A DNA stretch of 64,000 nucleotides from Nymphaea colorata (lineage: Eukaryota): positions 6,696,001-6,760,000 of the forward strand of contig NC_045138.2 of NCBI RefSeq assembly GCF_008831285.2. The letters run 5' to 3'. The notes under the pieces were generated by a model that searched no databases, was not told the DNA's origin, and saw only the letters and a program-made list of their open reading frames with translations. Positions 1-12,344 of the stretch are shown piece after piece (the first letter of the stretch is position 1; every line of letters starts with the position of its first letter). The position numbers and the translations under genes were made by a program.

Positions 1-1057
1 ACCTTGGCGAGGCAAATTTTGTTTGAACTTTCCAACGGTGAATTAACTAAAAGACCACATTTTGAAAAAGTTAAAATGAAAGGCTTCGAGGAAGGGAGAC
101 CTTTGGAGGCATACCAGCGCGTCAACTTAACCCTGACGAGCTTCCGTTCAGCTTCTTTATTATTTTAGGCACCTAAAACTGTTGCAGACCGACTGTGTTT
201 GGCCCGGCCAAGCCAGTAGAAGGATATGCTGCTTGGCATTGCTTGGAAAGCATGTGAGATCAATCGGATGCTAAGTCAAGCAAAAAGCAATGCACGTGGA
301 TGTGCAGTGTAGTGGTGCAGCGACGAAGCGTATAAGTGCATCATGGTCATCAGTTCCTTTGGAAGTGCAAGTCTGTCGTTGACGAATCAGATGGGTTACC
401 CACGCATAGCATTTGGATGTGCACGGGGATGCACGTGGGGTTGGGGGCAATTCCCTTAGTGGATGCATATGTTGCATCCACAACCGCGTAGAGTCAAGAG
501 AGGGTGAGTAAGTGAATGCTCGTCGTCGAGTACGGCGATGGTCGGCCACCTTACTTAATAACATATAGTTGTCAACTGGTTTCGGCTGGAGACTTCCTCC
601 CAAGAGAAGTCTACCCCCACCCAGATTTCGTTGGAAGTAGATAGGCGCTTGGAAGAATGGCGATGTTCTAACAGAGCCTCATGGTCACGGCTTGCCAATG
701 GTCTACTATGGGATAAACCTGGGTGATGGTGTGTCGATGCGTAGCACTCCTCGTCTAGTCTACAGTCCCAAAAGGTTGATGAAAACTTCCGCTACATTGA
801 GAAAGAATCAGGCTGGTCGAAGGCTTGAGAAACCTTCAGCACCACGCGGGCTTGTAAAAGTAAGCTCGTGACAAAAACAGCCTATACACTTTTCAATTCA
901 CCCTCTTCCCATTTCTTTCGCCCACTAACACTTGTAAATTGTTTAGAACTAACTGTCTTTTTACTTTTATTCAAATTCACTCCCATCTCATCTTTAATGT
1001 CTACATATCTACATACATACATATGTGTATATAATTTACGTTTATGAATTCAAAAAT

Positions 1058-1095
<38 letters not shown>

Positions 1096-1489
1096 TTTAG
1101 TTTTATAGGCTAATAATTGTTTAAATAATTGTTTATGTGACATATTCATATACAGCAGATTCAGAGATACGACAAACTAACTCTTCCCAGCTCCTTTCAT
1201 ATATTACACACCTGTTAACCGTGCTTCCATGACGACCCCAGATTTATTTAGTTTTCACAATGTAATAAGTTTACATTGGAGTAGAAGCTTCGGTCGTAAG
1301 TCTGGAACCAAATCCAAGAGAGTGCCAAATAGAGATCGACAATCAAAATCGATGAGAAGTTTATCAAAATTATGGGAAGAAGAGCTTTATATTTCTTTAC
1401 CATTGCATCTTGCCAATGTGGTGATCTGACTGTGTAGGATCATCATGTCATTGGGTAATGGATGCATAGTAGTGGTATAGACCTTATGT

Positions 1490-1900
1490 ACTCTAATGTC
1501 GTTTATGGACCTAGGCACCATTGTATGTGCAGGATTTTTGGTCGGGGCTGACTTGAAGGTTGAGATGTCTGAGGTTCAGGTTGATGAGGCGCCTTATAAT
1601 TAAGAGGTGAAGCATCATGGTGGGAGGTCTGTATAGAAGCAGCTAGCATCTTCATCTATAGACATGGTAGGTTAATCAACTACTTGATTTTTGGGAGGGG
1701 GCTTTAGCTAGAGTTGTTACTAATTGCCTCCTAGTCCTATGGCTACATTTAGATCTTTTTCGGATTCATAGCTAGTGGGTTATTTTGTTACTAGCCTTTT
1801 AGCTATTTGCTTTCATGAGGGCTTTCTTGATTTCAAGCACAGGAGGCTGCAGTTGAGGGTTTAAGGCAATTGATGCAAGATGCATAAATCCAACAATTTC
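1490..1900 (+). mobile_element. Possible highly degenerate LINE endonuclease-region fragment
   Basis: Translation near 1495-1550 gives NVVYGP followed in another frame by DFWSGL, resembling the NVYGP...FW motif of plant L1 endonucleases. No open frame remains. Confidence 0.3.
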
Positions 1901-1902
1901 GT

Positions 1903-2449
1903 CCCACCACTCTCTTGAATGTGTACAACCAAATTTCTCTAACCACTTACTTCCCGTTTTCTACTACTAAACGTTGTGAAGGCTCTGTGAAAGTCTGGTC
2001 ATCAATTCAATTGTTATTGACATTACTTTTTTGGGACTGCAAATGATGGTATATGTTACTTTTGAGTTAAAGGGAGTAATTGTAAGTTCCCCCATGTCTC
2101 AAAGTAGTCCAAGACCTTGGAGATGAATGGAATGGGGAGGGAGCTTGTGCCGCTTTAGGGGATCCACGCCCCCTTTCCATCTGTGTTAAAAGTTGTTGTT
2201 CATTGATTTGGCTTAACTGCAATTCACCTTCTTGAAACTCGATCATCCACTTGTCATACCATCAAAAACATTTTCCCTCACCTCTTTATTCTTCCATAAT
2301 AATGGTGGAGAAATCTATGATGCTAGTAGCTAATCCTGAGTTTCGTTATGTTCCTTCTTCATGCGAATTAGCTCCTAGTCACCTTCTCCTGCTTTTAGCT
2401 TTCAAGGAAACCTGCCAGAAAATAGATTAAATCATGGACCAATCTCAAG
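1903..2449 (+). repeat. Diverged direct copy of 12692-13229 (DRP5A upstream region)
   Basis: Alignable by eye throughout. Shared stretches include cactctcttgaatgtgtacaa, ttgtcataccatcaaaaacattttccc and cctgccagaaaatagattaaatcatgg. Confidence 0.95.
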
Positions 2450-2781
2450 TATTGCTAACTGACAAGTTGGAGCAGGTTACTCCAAGTGATGTCTGCCATG
2501 TGCACAGCCTTAAATTAACCTTCAACCTAAGAGTGCTACAGCTACATTAAAATCTTTTGTGGGTTCGTCTCTCTTTGATTTCTTTCTTAAAATCTTTCTC
2601 CCTCTTTTGTTAATCTTTATCTCCTTTTTTTCTTCGCAATTTCTCTCTCTTCGATTTCTCTCTCCCTTTCTTGTAGAATCAAGCCCAAGTGAATCAAAGA
2701 TAACTGAAGAGGGAAGATTTCGAAGTGTGATGCTCTGCCACGTGCAAAGAGGTTATGTTTTCTAGCAGTTGGGTGAAGTAG

Positions 2782-3109
2782 TTAACTTTAGACATGCTGA
2801 AATCTTTTGGAATCAGTATGGCAAATAGATGTACGATTAATACTGAGGATGAAGAAAATATTGACCATCTATTTGTCGTAAAACACTTGGAGATGGCTAA
2901 CTGATAGATTTAATGTGGCTTGGAAACGAAAGAGTTCACTCAAAGAGCTCTCGATTGGGTGGTGGAACAAGCCCTTCAAGGATGCACGGGGAAGGAGATG
3001 TTGGCAACTTGCATTCTCCAATAGCCATTGGGAATATTTGGGCATTTGTCTTCATAATCTGCAGATTTGTGTTAGAAGTGATTTGAATGGTTGCATTTGG
3101 GAGGATATT
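2782..3109 (+). mobile_element. L1-type LINE ORF2 C-terminal (zf-RVT) fragment, degenerate
   Basis: 2782-2877 translates as LTLDMLKSFGISMANRCTINTEDEENIDHLFV, matching the LT.D.L...G....NRC..C....E.IDHL pattern. After a frameshift comes the W-rich WRWLTDRFNVAWKRKSSLKELSIGWW...CWQLAF. Confidence 0.75.
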
Positions 3110-3117
3110 ATGCAATT

Positions 3118-3316
3118 CAGGGGTAGAGCCAGGATTTTTTTTCTGGGGCAAGCCAAACTGTCCAACAAACTTATCCGAATAGGGCAAAACTAAACCCAAA
3201 TCTAAAAAACACATTACGCAACCAAAAAATTTTTAATTTTTGTAATTTCTATTTTTTTTTTCAATTAGTTGGGGTGGGGCCACACCTAGGCGGCCCCCCT
3301 CCTCCCTCCACCCCCT
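3118..3316. mobile_element. hAT-type MITE (CAGGGG(C/T)RGAGCC family)
   Basis: Ends are CAGGGGTAGAGCC ... CTCCACCCCCT. A perfect 8-bp TSD ATGCAATT lies at 3110-3117 and 3317-3324. Confidence 0.85.
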
Positions 3317-3383
3317 ATGCAATTGTCTTGCAACTCTAAATTTACGTTGAAGTTGTAGTGACCGGTAATATCAGTTTGGGCTA

Positions 3384-3926
3384 CCACAAGCAACATCTGA
3401 AACCATACAAAGGGCCCATCCAATCTCATGGTACACCTGCCATGGCTAGCGTTTCTTGTATACTTGTTTAAACTTCTCAAAATTACGGTGGGGCCACAAA
3501 CTCTGAGGGGCAATAATATAAGAGAGCTTACTGACTTGAGGGGCATTAACAGGTAACAAACTAAATTTTGTGGATGAATTAACATGTAATTAAAAACTGC
3601 ATAGGCAATTGCCCACAAAAACCCCACGTGTAGTTCTCCGTCACTGTCCCCTAATAATAATTTCCTTACAAAAATGCCTCCAAGTTCCACCATCTTACTG
3701 ATGATATTATGTATAGATTATGCAACATGGTCAGCTTAAGTTATAATCAATATTTCTCAAATAGTTAGATGTGAAGCATCCTAAATTATGGAGCTGCAAA
3801 TGGTTTGAACTCAGGCGAAATCTCCAACTAAAACTAATGACTAACCACAAATTTGTGCACTCGATTTTGAAAGCCTGTGGCATCAACTCTTTATGTTGCA
3901 AAAAGATGGAGACATGGGTATGCAAG
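3384..3926 (+). repeat. Diverged direct copy of 14776-15232 (DRP5A upstream region)
   Basis: Shared accacaagcaacatctgaaaccatacaaagggcccatcc, ctgtcccctaataataatttcc and aaattatggagctg...tgtgcactcg...atgcaag. This copy has an extra ~80 bp near 3700-3775. Confidence 0.95.
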
Positions 3927-3928
3927 AA

Positions 3929-4146
3929 TGTATGCATGTATGTACATGTGTACATGGTCAGTTTGTCAGTTTCTGAATTGTCTAACTCATCACAGGCAAG
4001 AGCTTGTCCTTTGGCTGTCAAAATGTCTCTGCCATAACTTATCACAAACAGTATTTGTTATTATTTGGTTGTAGGAGACACATTACAAGTTGAAAGGGTC
4101 AATGGAGGAGCTTTCCATGGCACCAATGGCCTCCATACAAGTTCAT
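3929..4146 (+). pseudogene. DRP5A: DRP5A pseudogene fragment (copy of intron 8 3' part plus exon 9)
   Basis: Matches 20847-21061. The acceptor ttggttgtag (4074) is followed by DTLQVERVNGGAFHGTNG versus ETLQDERVNGGAFHGTDG in the gene. A 7-nt deletion (TCAGATT) causes a frameshift and the donor is lost. Confidence 0.92.
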
Positions 4147-5557
4147 AACCAAAGTCATTTCTCAGCTTGATACATATAAATGCTTGATCTTGTGTATGTT
4201 AGCTGAATCTGAAGTTGGTTTCAAATAGTAGTGTCTGAATCTGAATCCAAATCCAGATTACATAGAATCCGATTATGCTGAATGTAGTAAAGGCTGGATC
4301 GAACCTGAATCTGAACCGAATGTAACATTTTCATCCCTTTCGGGGGTGTGGACAGGATAGATTTTTCTATACCCGCCAACTTTTGTATGTAAACTTTTTT
4401 GAAAAAACTTCTTTGCCTCCCACTTAAAGTTTTAAAAAATCCTTACGCCCCATGCAGAAATATTTTTTCGCTCTGCCACCGTTTCTTAGATAGGTTGATT
4501 CATATACCAACTATCGTCATCTATTTTTGTAATTCTTATGCTTATCTTATTAAGAAATTTTAATTCTCAACAACTAGCTTTCAATGTCCTCTTGGTTGAG
4601 AATTCAACTTTGAGAAGGACACCGATACAAAAAAAAAAATTGCCACATGTTTTTGGGTTGCGGAAACATTGATCTCGTGCAAATTGCTTTCATCCAATGC
4701 AGGACAGATCAGCCGGAGAATTCTAGTTAAGGGACACTAGGTATAAAATTTTAAAGTATTAAAGTGCACCAATGTATTGAGAAAAGTGCACTAATGTTTT
4801 TTTGGGTTTCGTGTGGGCAATTGCCCACAGGTAGCTCACACCTGCCTCCACCCCTTCTTCCATCATATTCAACCTGTACTCTGGCTTAAGGACTGGTATG
4901 GCTTCACATAAATGATCAAAGAGTTGCTTTCTAGGTGAAGCTCTTAAACTTCGAAAAATGGTCATGTGGATAAGAATTTCATTCTACCTTGATAATGAAG
5001 CATCTTGTGGATAGAGTATATACGTAATAATTTTATATTCCTATCCACAAGGCATATATATACACTGGAACTTTGAAAGTAACTTTTGATGGCATTGCTT
5101 AAAATTCAAAAGAATGCCAACCCTGACCGTTTCTCTCCCTCTCTTATCTTTTGAATTGTTCAAATATAACTTTTCTTATATTATATCATTCTCAAGTTTC
5201 TATCTTTTCAAAATGATGTTTATTGTTTTTAATTATCAATTTCAATTCACCAAATCGGCAGGGAAGGGATGAGGTTTCACTTCTCGGTGCACCTCGATCA
5301 TTTTAACACATCACAAGCCCTTCTCAAAGTGCTGGAATATCTGAATATATATTCTTCACACTTCCAAAGCAGTAGCGGAGCTACCTTGTGACTGGTGTGT
5401 GACTGGTGTGGGTAACTACTCACTTCAATCTTGAGTAAACCCTTAGAAGAGTTGTACCATGATAACACCAGGCTCAGGCCTAGGACTTAGGTTGCTGCCC
5501 TATAGTTCAATGTGCACTCAATCCATTGCAATAATAAGATGGATCAGTGTCTCTTAG

Positions 5558-5747
5558 CACGGGCAGAGCCAAGGTAGTGTCCGCATGGGCCTTGGCCTCA
5601 CCTCTTTTTTTTTTTTAATTTATATGTAAATTTTAAAAAACTTCACTTGTCTATATACAAATTTTGAAAACTGATATTTTGGCTCTAGTCAAAATTTAGA
5701 AATTATAATTTGGCCTGCCTCATGAAAAAGTTTTGGCTCCGCCCCTG
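5558..5747. mobile_element. hAT-type MITE (CAGGGGCGGAGCC family)
   Basis: Ends are CACGGGCAGAGCC ... GGCTCCGCCCCTG around an AT-rich core. Degenerate 8-bp flanks tctcttag/cccctcag. Confidence 0.7.
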
Positions 5748-6338
5748 CCCCTCAGCTAAAAATTTCAATCTCCATTCAAGTAAATACTCTCTAGAATAAG
5801 TATTTTCTTGAATTTAAGAAGTTTGATTTTATCATATATATATATAGGAGCAATTGAAGCCGACTGTCTGATGTTGTCGGATGGTCAAAAACTTAAAAAC
5901 TGACACTAAGAAAAGTTGTCACATTCGACAAAAATGAAGAGACTTTTTCATCAGCTAGTAAAATACAATTAGTTTACACTATCTTTGTTTTTAAACAAAA
6001 TATCCTGCAGAGGAACTATTAATGGCTTTCAAATATGATGTATTTAAGATTTATATATTTTATTGGGTTCACTCCAAGCATTGAAGCAGCTCTAGACCCT
6101 AGAAGGAAAGAGGGAAATGGAGAAAATTTGACCTTTACTCCGAGGACTGGAATTAGCCTCCCAGTCACCAATGTACCTTCTATTGAGTTAATGTTGTTTT
6201 TATTTCTGTAATGTTGGTTCAGGTGGCAAATGCACTCAACGAGTACAACGTAGTGGATGCTTAAGACTAATGACACACACTTGGCTGAGCTGACTCCATT
6301 CTTGGAGTTCGATCATGGTGTGATTGATCTCCTCAAAA

Positions 6339-6340
<2 letters not shown>

Positions 6341-6420
<80 letters not shown>
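6341..6420. repeat. (TA)n microsatellite
   Basis: About 80 bp TA run seen directly. Similar runs occur at 1063-1090, 8988-9050, 10062-10113, 14544-14609 and 61727-61762. Confidence 0.95.
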
Positions 6421-6425
<5 letters not shown>

Positions 6426-8131
6426 CCATTTCATTTGTAAATAAACCAATTTATCTATAGTTCGAAAAACTTTCCAATCTCTCACACTGTTCGACATAAT
6501 GTATCAAGTAACCATGATTGGATGGAGATCTGGATGGCTGGAGGATTTCACCTATCATAATATATATACATGGATTAGAAAAAGTAATAAAATAGGGGGT
6601 TAGACCAGGGCATGCATTTTTCTGTTGAGTGGTTTATCTAGTTGGTAAATTTTAATTAAATTAACGGTCAGCTAATTTAATTAGAGGAGGTTTGTACTCA
6701 AAATCTTGAAGTCCTAAATCCATATCCAAGTAAAATATCCAAAAAGAAGGGCTTAACAACGTTAGAAACATGCGATTTCAACTTAAAAATTTGAAAATTT
6801 CTTCCGCGGTCCTTGAAGGTTTCAAGTTAAAAAAAAGGGGCTGAAATATCGTTTGGAGACACAGGGTTTAGTCAAACATGAACTAAAAAGTTGTTTGTTG
6901 GTAGGAACCCAGTGTTCTATTTCCATCGCATCAATTCAGGGAAAACGGCAAAAAAACTTCCTAACGTTCTGCCTAGAACTTACCATCCATGTTTGCATCG
7001 ATTCATATGTGGCTTAGACTTTTATTTCTTTTGTCAATCATTTTGTAGGTTGCAGGATGGAATTCCTTTCTAGTTTGAAGTTGCTGAAGAAGGAGATTGG
7101 CCGAAATAAACTTTAAAATATGCACATGGTATAAATATATAAATCTGTTGGATGCGTACATAACTAATTAACGAATTTTACTTCGAGATTCAATTAGCTA
7201 ACTAAATAGGATTCGAGCCGAACTAAGTTTGTGTAAAAGAAAATCAACAAACTTGAAATTAAACACGAGCAATTTATTCTATAGTCACATAAAATCCATC
7301 TTTTTCAAACCGAGTTTCCAACATTTTCAATAATCTTATCAATCTATTTTTATAGTTTTATAGTTTTTCAGTTATAACTTTTTCCTAAATTTTGGACTTT
7401 TTTTTTAATTGTGAAAATTTGTCTCGAGGTTTTCAGTTTTACTAAAAAATGCTCGAGAAAAACCATATCGCTAAAAACAACAGTTCATCTCAGATCCTTA
7501 TATCCCTGTTCTATAATCATTGCCATCGCCTATCTTCTACAAAATTGGACCACAGAGTGCGAGTTATCTCATTCATGGTACATTAACATAGGAGGCATAT
7601 GCTTTACTTTCGGCTTCTGCCATGTTACGCTTTCAAATTTCAATTTGCTTTTGATCTCAAAATTACGACATGCATGGGGAATGCATTATATATATTCGAT
7701 TTAAAATCCAGAAGGCCCAGGTCTCCTCTCTCTCTGTGTCTTTCTTTTTTTCTTACTATTTGGCTACTACACCGTCCTTCGTTTACTGCTGGGTGACTCT
7801 GCCAGCTCATCTATCCTCTCTCTTCCCACTCTTATTTTGTTTTATTGTTGTGCTATTTTGTATAATTTGTTCCATTTGTTTTTCTTTTTGCAGTTTGTTT
7901 TTGTATCCAAGGGACTTCTTACTTCTAAATTTTGTTGTGCATTTCTATTTTATCAGCTTTCTCTCTCTCTCTCATATCATCACCATCATTTCAGGAGAGC
8001 CCCTATAGCTCCTCCCCCACAGCCGACAGTGATGGTGTTGCTCCCCCACTGCTCTACACATAGTGGATAGAAGTAGGGCAGATAAGGTGGCACCGGCACC
8101 ACTTGGTGATGACAAGAAGAGTCATCAGAGC

Positions 8132-8380
8132 TAAGGGTGGGCATCAGGTCAGGCCATCGGTGGGGGACCAGTATTTAAAAATATTTTTTATTATTTTTAA
8201 ATTTTAATAATATATATTTTATTATTTAAAAATATAAATTATATTAAAAACTTTATTGTAATTGGGCCCGGCCCGAGCCTGGGCCCGACACCCGAATATC
8301 CGGCCAGGCCACACCGGCCCAGGCCTCGGCCCGATACCCGAATATCGGGCCAGGCCGCGCCGGCCCGATGTCCACCCCTA
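8132..8380. mobile_element. hAT-type MITE with GGCCC/CCGG-rich subterminal repeats
   Basis: TIRs TAAGGGTGGGCAT / ATGTCCACCCCTA. 8-bp TSD atcagagc (8124-8131) / ataagagc (8381-8388), 7/8 match. Confidence 0.88.
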
Positions 8381-8642
8381 ATAAGAGCTCCTCCTTTGCT
8401 TTAGCCATCGTGGGTAGAAAGCAAACCTCTATCCACAATGGGTAAACACAAGGAAATAGTCCAGAAGCACCGAGCCCACCAGCCACAGTAGGGGCCAACA
8501 AGAATAAAAAGGAAGAGAGAGGGAGAGATTGGTGAAAAAAATTAGGCCATCTATTTCTAGATCGGACAGCTTAGATTTGATGTCCTTAAATGTATGCTAA
8601 ACCTAGAGAGTCAGCATTCGAAGGTTATATGTAGACCAATTA

Positions 8643-8974
8643 GGCAAGGGATAAAAACCTGACTTCCGAAATTCATGTTAAAAAAGTATTTTAAACAAAA
8701 TGTGAATTTTCTAATGTGTTTACAAACACTAGATTAGTATAAGTTAATCAAGCTTTAGTAAGTTAATTTTGTACAAAACATTGTTCTTTCTAATGTCAAA
8801 ATTTCAATGTTATATAAGCCATTCATTTTTTATTAATAAAAATTTTTATTTAAATAAAAACGACTAACTTATAATATGTTTGTCACCAAATTACTCTTAG
8901 GATTGTATCTGTAAGGTTAGCTTGCAAAAATGAAAATTTTAATAATTAATTGTAATGAGTTTGGTTTTCTTAAC
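8643..8974. mobile_element. AT-rich MITE (possibly Mutator-like), second copy at 52581-52925
   Basis: Both copies start GG(C/T)AAGGGATAAA, share caccaaat(t/c)actctta and end in tcttaac, which is roughly complementary to the start. Confidence 0.7.
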
Positions 8975-8983
8975 TGGTTTTGG

Positions 8984-9052
<69 letters not shown>

Positions 9053-10062
9053 CAAATGCTACACCAGCACCCTCTTCTCATCGGCATTAGCACCTATGTA
9101 GCATATCTGTTAAAAGAATTTTCTTGTTATTTAAATTGCCTGCACTAGGTGTTGCAGATTTCTCTCGTCAGTTGGGCGGACGCATTTTGTGGTGTTTAAT
9201 GCTTGGCTGTTCAATGGAATAAATGAACAGTGGATGGATGATATCTCCTTTTCGTTGCCTTCTCAGGACTTGCAGTTGTGCCCGCTGCTGTAACGTCCGT
9301 GAAGCTCAAATGGTCTTCAAGCAAGGTTGTCGACTCGTTTGTTGGCTGTATTTGTGCATAGAAAGTAACTTTGGGAAAGTGCTTGTTATGTGTTGCAACA
9401 ACTAAATGTCATTCACCTTGATTGGAAACGGATCTTTGGCATTTTGTAGGAGAACAAGAATGTTATAAGTTTGCATGGAGAGAATGAGAAGATAGTGAAA
9501 GGGTTAATCAGAGCATTCTGGAAGGATTTGTATAAAATCTTATTGGAATGTCAAATGGAGTAAGAATCATGAGAAGTAGTTAGGAATTTGGGCCTGTTTC
9601 AGGTCTATAAATTCATGCAAGGAAAATGGAAGACGGTGTTCACCTTTAATTTGGTTGAGAGGAATTGCAGAGGACCAGGAGATGGCTGGTTTGGTGATGG
9701 CATTGGCTGGAGTTCAAGAGAGCCATTGAGTGAACTCGTTGAATGGTTTTTGTGCTTTGTTGATTCAAGAACCATTGAAGGAGTGGAGGAAATACTTGAA
9801 TGGGGCAGTAGTGGATAACCACCTTGAAGATTTTGGTCCTTCAAGAAGCTTTAGTTTTACGAATAGAATTGTAGGCGCAGTTTGATAGGTTCATTAGTTG
9901 ATATCACTACCTAATTGATAGGTGAGGTTCTTGATAGTTGATTCACTTTGTTTTTTCCTTTTTTTTTTGTGCTTCTTGATGTAGTATCTTTCTCTATTGT
10001 TTGTTAATAAACGGGAGGAAGCCCAATCTCCTAGCAAAGTAGCATCGAAGGATGCAAAAGAA

Positions 10063-10114
<52 letters not shown>

Positions 10115-11762
10115 GCATAATTCCAAAAAATAATATTCAAAATTAATACAAAATAGGTAAGAAAAATGTAAAAGAGGTGAACTTGATTTGTTGTTGCAAC
10201 CTGTATGTCTTGATCTAAAAGGCATGCAGAAGATTGTATAGTTTGGGACTCGATGCCTAAGTAAAGACTTCTGAGGGCCTCCTGTTTGGTAACTTTAAGT
10301 TAGCAATTGCAGGTTACTTTATTTTTGCAGTAAAAAGGTCAATAATATGAATTTAACATAAAAAATGCCTCCACCCTCAGGTTCCATAACGTGAGAGAGA
10401 GAAGAGAGATAGAAGAGTTACAAGTTGTTTTCATTGCCAAACGGTCCTTTTTACGATACGAGGGGTGTATCGTATCGTTTTCTTCAAACGATACGATACG
10501 TATCGTACGATACGGGATCGTATCGTACGATACGTACAACATTGCTTAAAGGTATAGAAGAGAGCAGAAGCACGAGACGCACCAGCATCCTGTGGAGTGT
10601 ATAAAAAATATATTTTAGTAGAAAAATAGAAGAGAGAGAGAGAGAGAGAAACATTAATAAAAGAAAGAAAAAATTTTAAAAAAGAAATCAAACAAAGATA
10701 TCAAAGAGAGAGAGTGAGAGTGAGAGTGACATAAATGATGAGAAAGCCATTCCCATCATTTAATATGGGCCCACACGATGAGGAAGAACAGTCTACACTA
10801 GAAGAAGTTGATGAAAGTGGTTCTTCTCGTTCTTTTGTTGTATTTCAATCCTATCGAGGATGTACTTCTCACGGAGATTACGTTTTTGAGACACTAATAA
10901 ATGGTCAATAGAAAGAATGTTGCTAAAATTTTGTTTTAAAAATAAAAGAGTATAGCAGAAATTTTAAGAGAGAAATCAAATAGAAAGAGAGACGATAGAG
11001 ATTAATAAAAGAGATAAAAAGAGAGACTTCAAAAAAGAAATCAAATAAAGAGATTAATAAAAGGGACAAGAAAATATACTTTAAGAAAGAAATCAAAAAG
11101 AGAGAGATATTAATAAAAAAGAGAAAAAGTACTTTAACAAAGAAATGAAAGAGAGAGAAAAATTTAAAAGAGAAAAAGAAATTGAAAAGATCGAGAGATG
11201 AAGATTGATAAAGGAGAGAGAAAGATATTTTAAGAGAAATTAAGAGAAGAGAAAAAGAAATATTGTAAGAGGAAAATTAAAAAGAAAGAGATTGATGAAA
11301 GAGAGAAGAAGAGAAATTTTAAGAGAGAAATTGGGGAGAGACAACAATAGATTAATAAAAGAGAAAAGAAATTAAGAGAGAAATCAATCAAAGAGAGAGA
11401 GATAAAGATCAAAAAATCTGTTGCTTTGCATATAAATTCCCCCCTAAAGCAAAGGAAAAAGTAGAAGGGGACTCTCCTCTTTCTCTTTCTTTCTTTCCTC
11501 CTCTCTTTCTTTCTCCCCCCTCGATCTTCTTCCTTTCAAACAAGATCAGTAAGAAGAAGAAGAGGTGGAGAGAGAGAGAGAGAGACAGAAAGAGAACATC
11601 TTTATTAGAAAAAAGAAAGAAGCCAACAAATCACAGACAGCCTGCCTTAAGAGAGAAGGGGACAAAAGAAACTTGTTAAAGATGCCAATGGAAAACTTTC
11701 AAGTGCAGCCACTAGTGGTGTCCTCTCACGAAATCCGGGCCATTCACTGTAGTGCCCCTCAC

Positions 11763-11800
<38 letters not shown>

Positions 11801-12344
11801 TTGCACTAGATTCTGCGTATCTGTTCTTCCTAAAGTTTGGGCACATATGTGGACAGGCCATGTAAATTTGCTATTGTTAATTCCCTCCTCTCACTTTACT
11901 TCTCAGTTTTCCATTGTCTTGCCATTAACCTTAGTAAATATATTTTAAGACACAGCGGCAAGAGTGTCGTTTTCTTTACTATTGCTGGACCAAATATTAT
12001 TAATTACACATTTTCAAGTTTATTCATGCACCATCTATCATTTATCCTCACTTTCTAGGAAATTTCCCAGGATACATATAAATATTTTACGTGTACTCCA
12101 ATTACATATAGATATGCTCGAACGCGGACATCTATACGTAGAATTTTAAAAAGATCCTTGAAACTCTGATCTATGGTGCTAACTGGGGCCTTTTATGACA
12201 TCCCACAAGGTATGTTACATAATGGGCAGTTTATGTTAAGTATGGGGCTGTCTGGTAACATAATTTAAAGAACATGATTCAGTTCATGTCTTTTTGAAAT
12301 ATATAAATGAGTGTCGGTCCGATTAAGCGTCTTTCTAATCTTAA

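Noticed and set aside
1..860. GC-richer stretch with a 110-aa minus-strand ORF
   Set aside because: No recognisable protein motif or splice structure; possibly a TE remnant but unsupported.
3731..4074. Overlapping ORFs that resemble ORFs at 20788-21128
   Set aside because: The similarity comes from the DNA duplication of intron 8; these are not independent genes.
9150..10020. Possible LINE 3' fragment (GIGWSSREPLSELVEWF), with a similar hint at 13560-13900
   Set aside because: Too degenerate to support without a search.
10431..10545. Dense GATACG/CGTATC palindromic array
   Set aside because: Typical subterminal repeats of a small hAT-type MITE; not a CRISPR or operator array.
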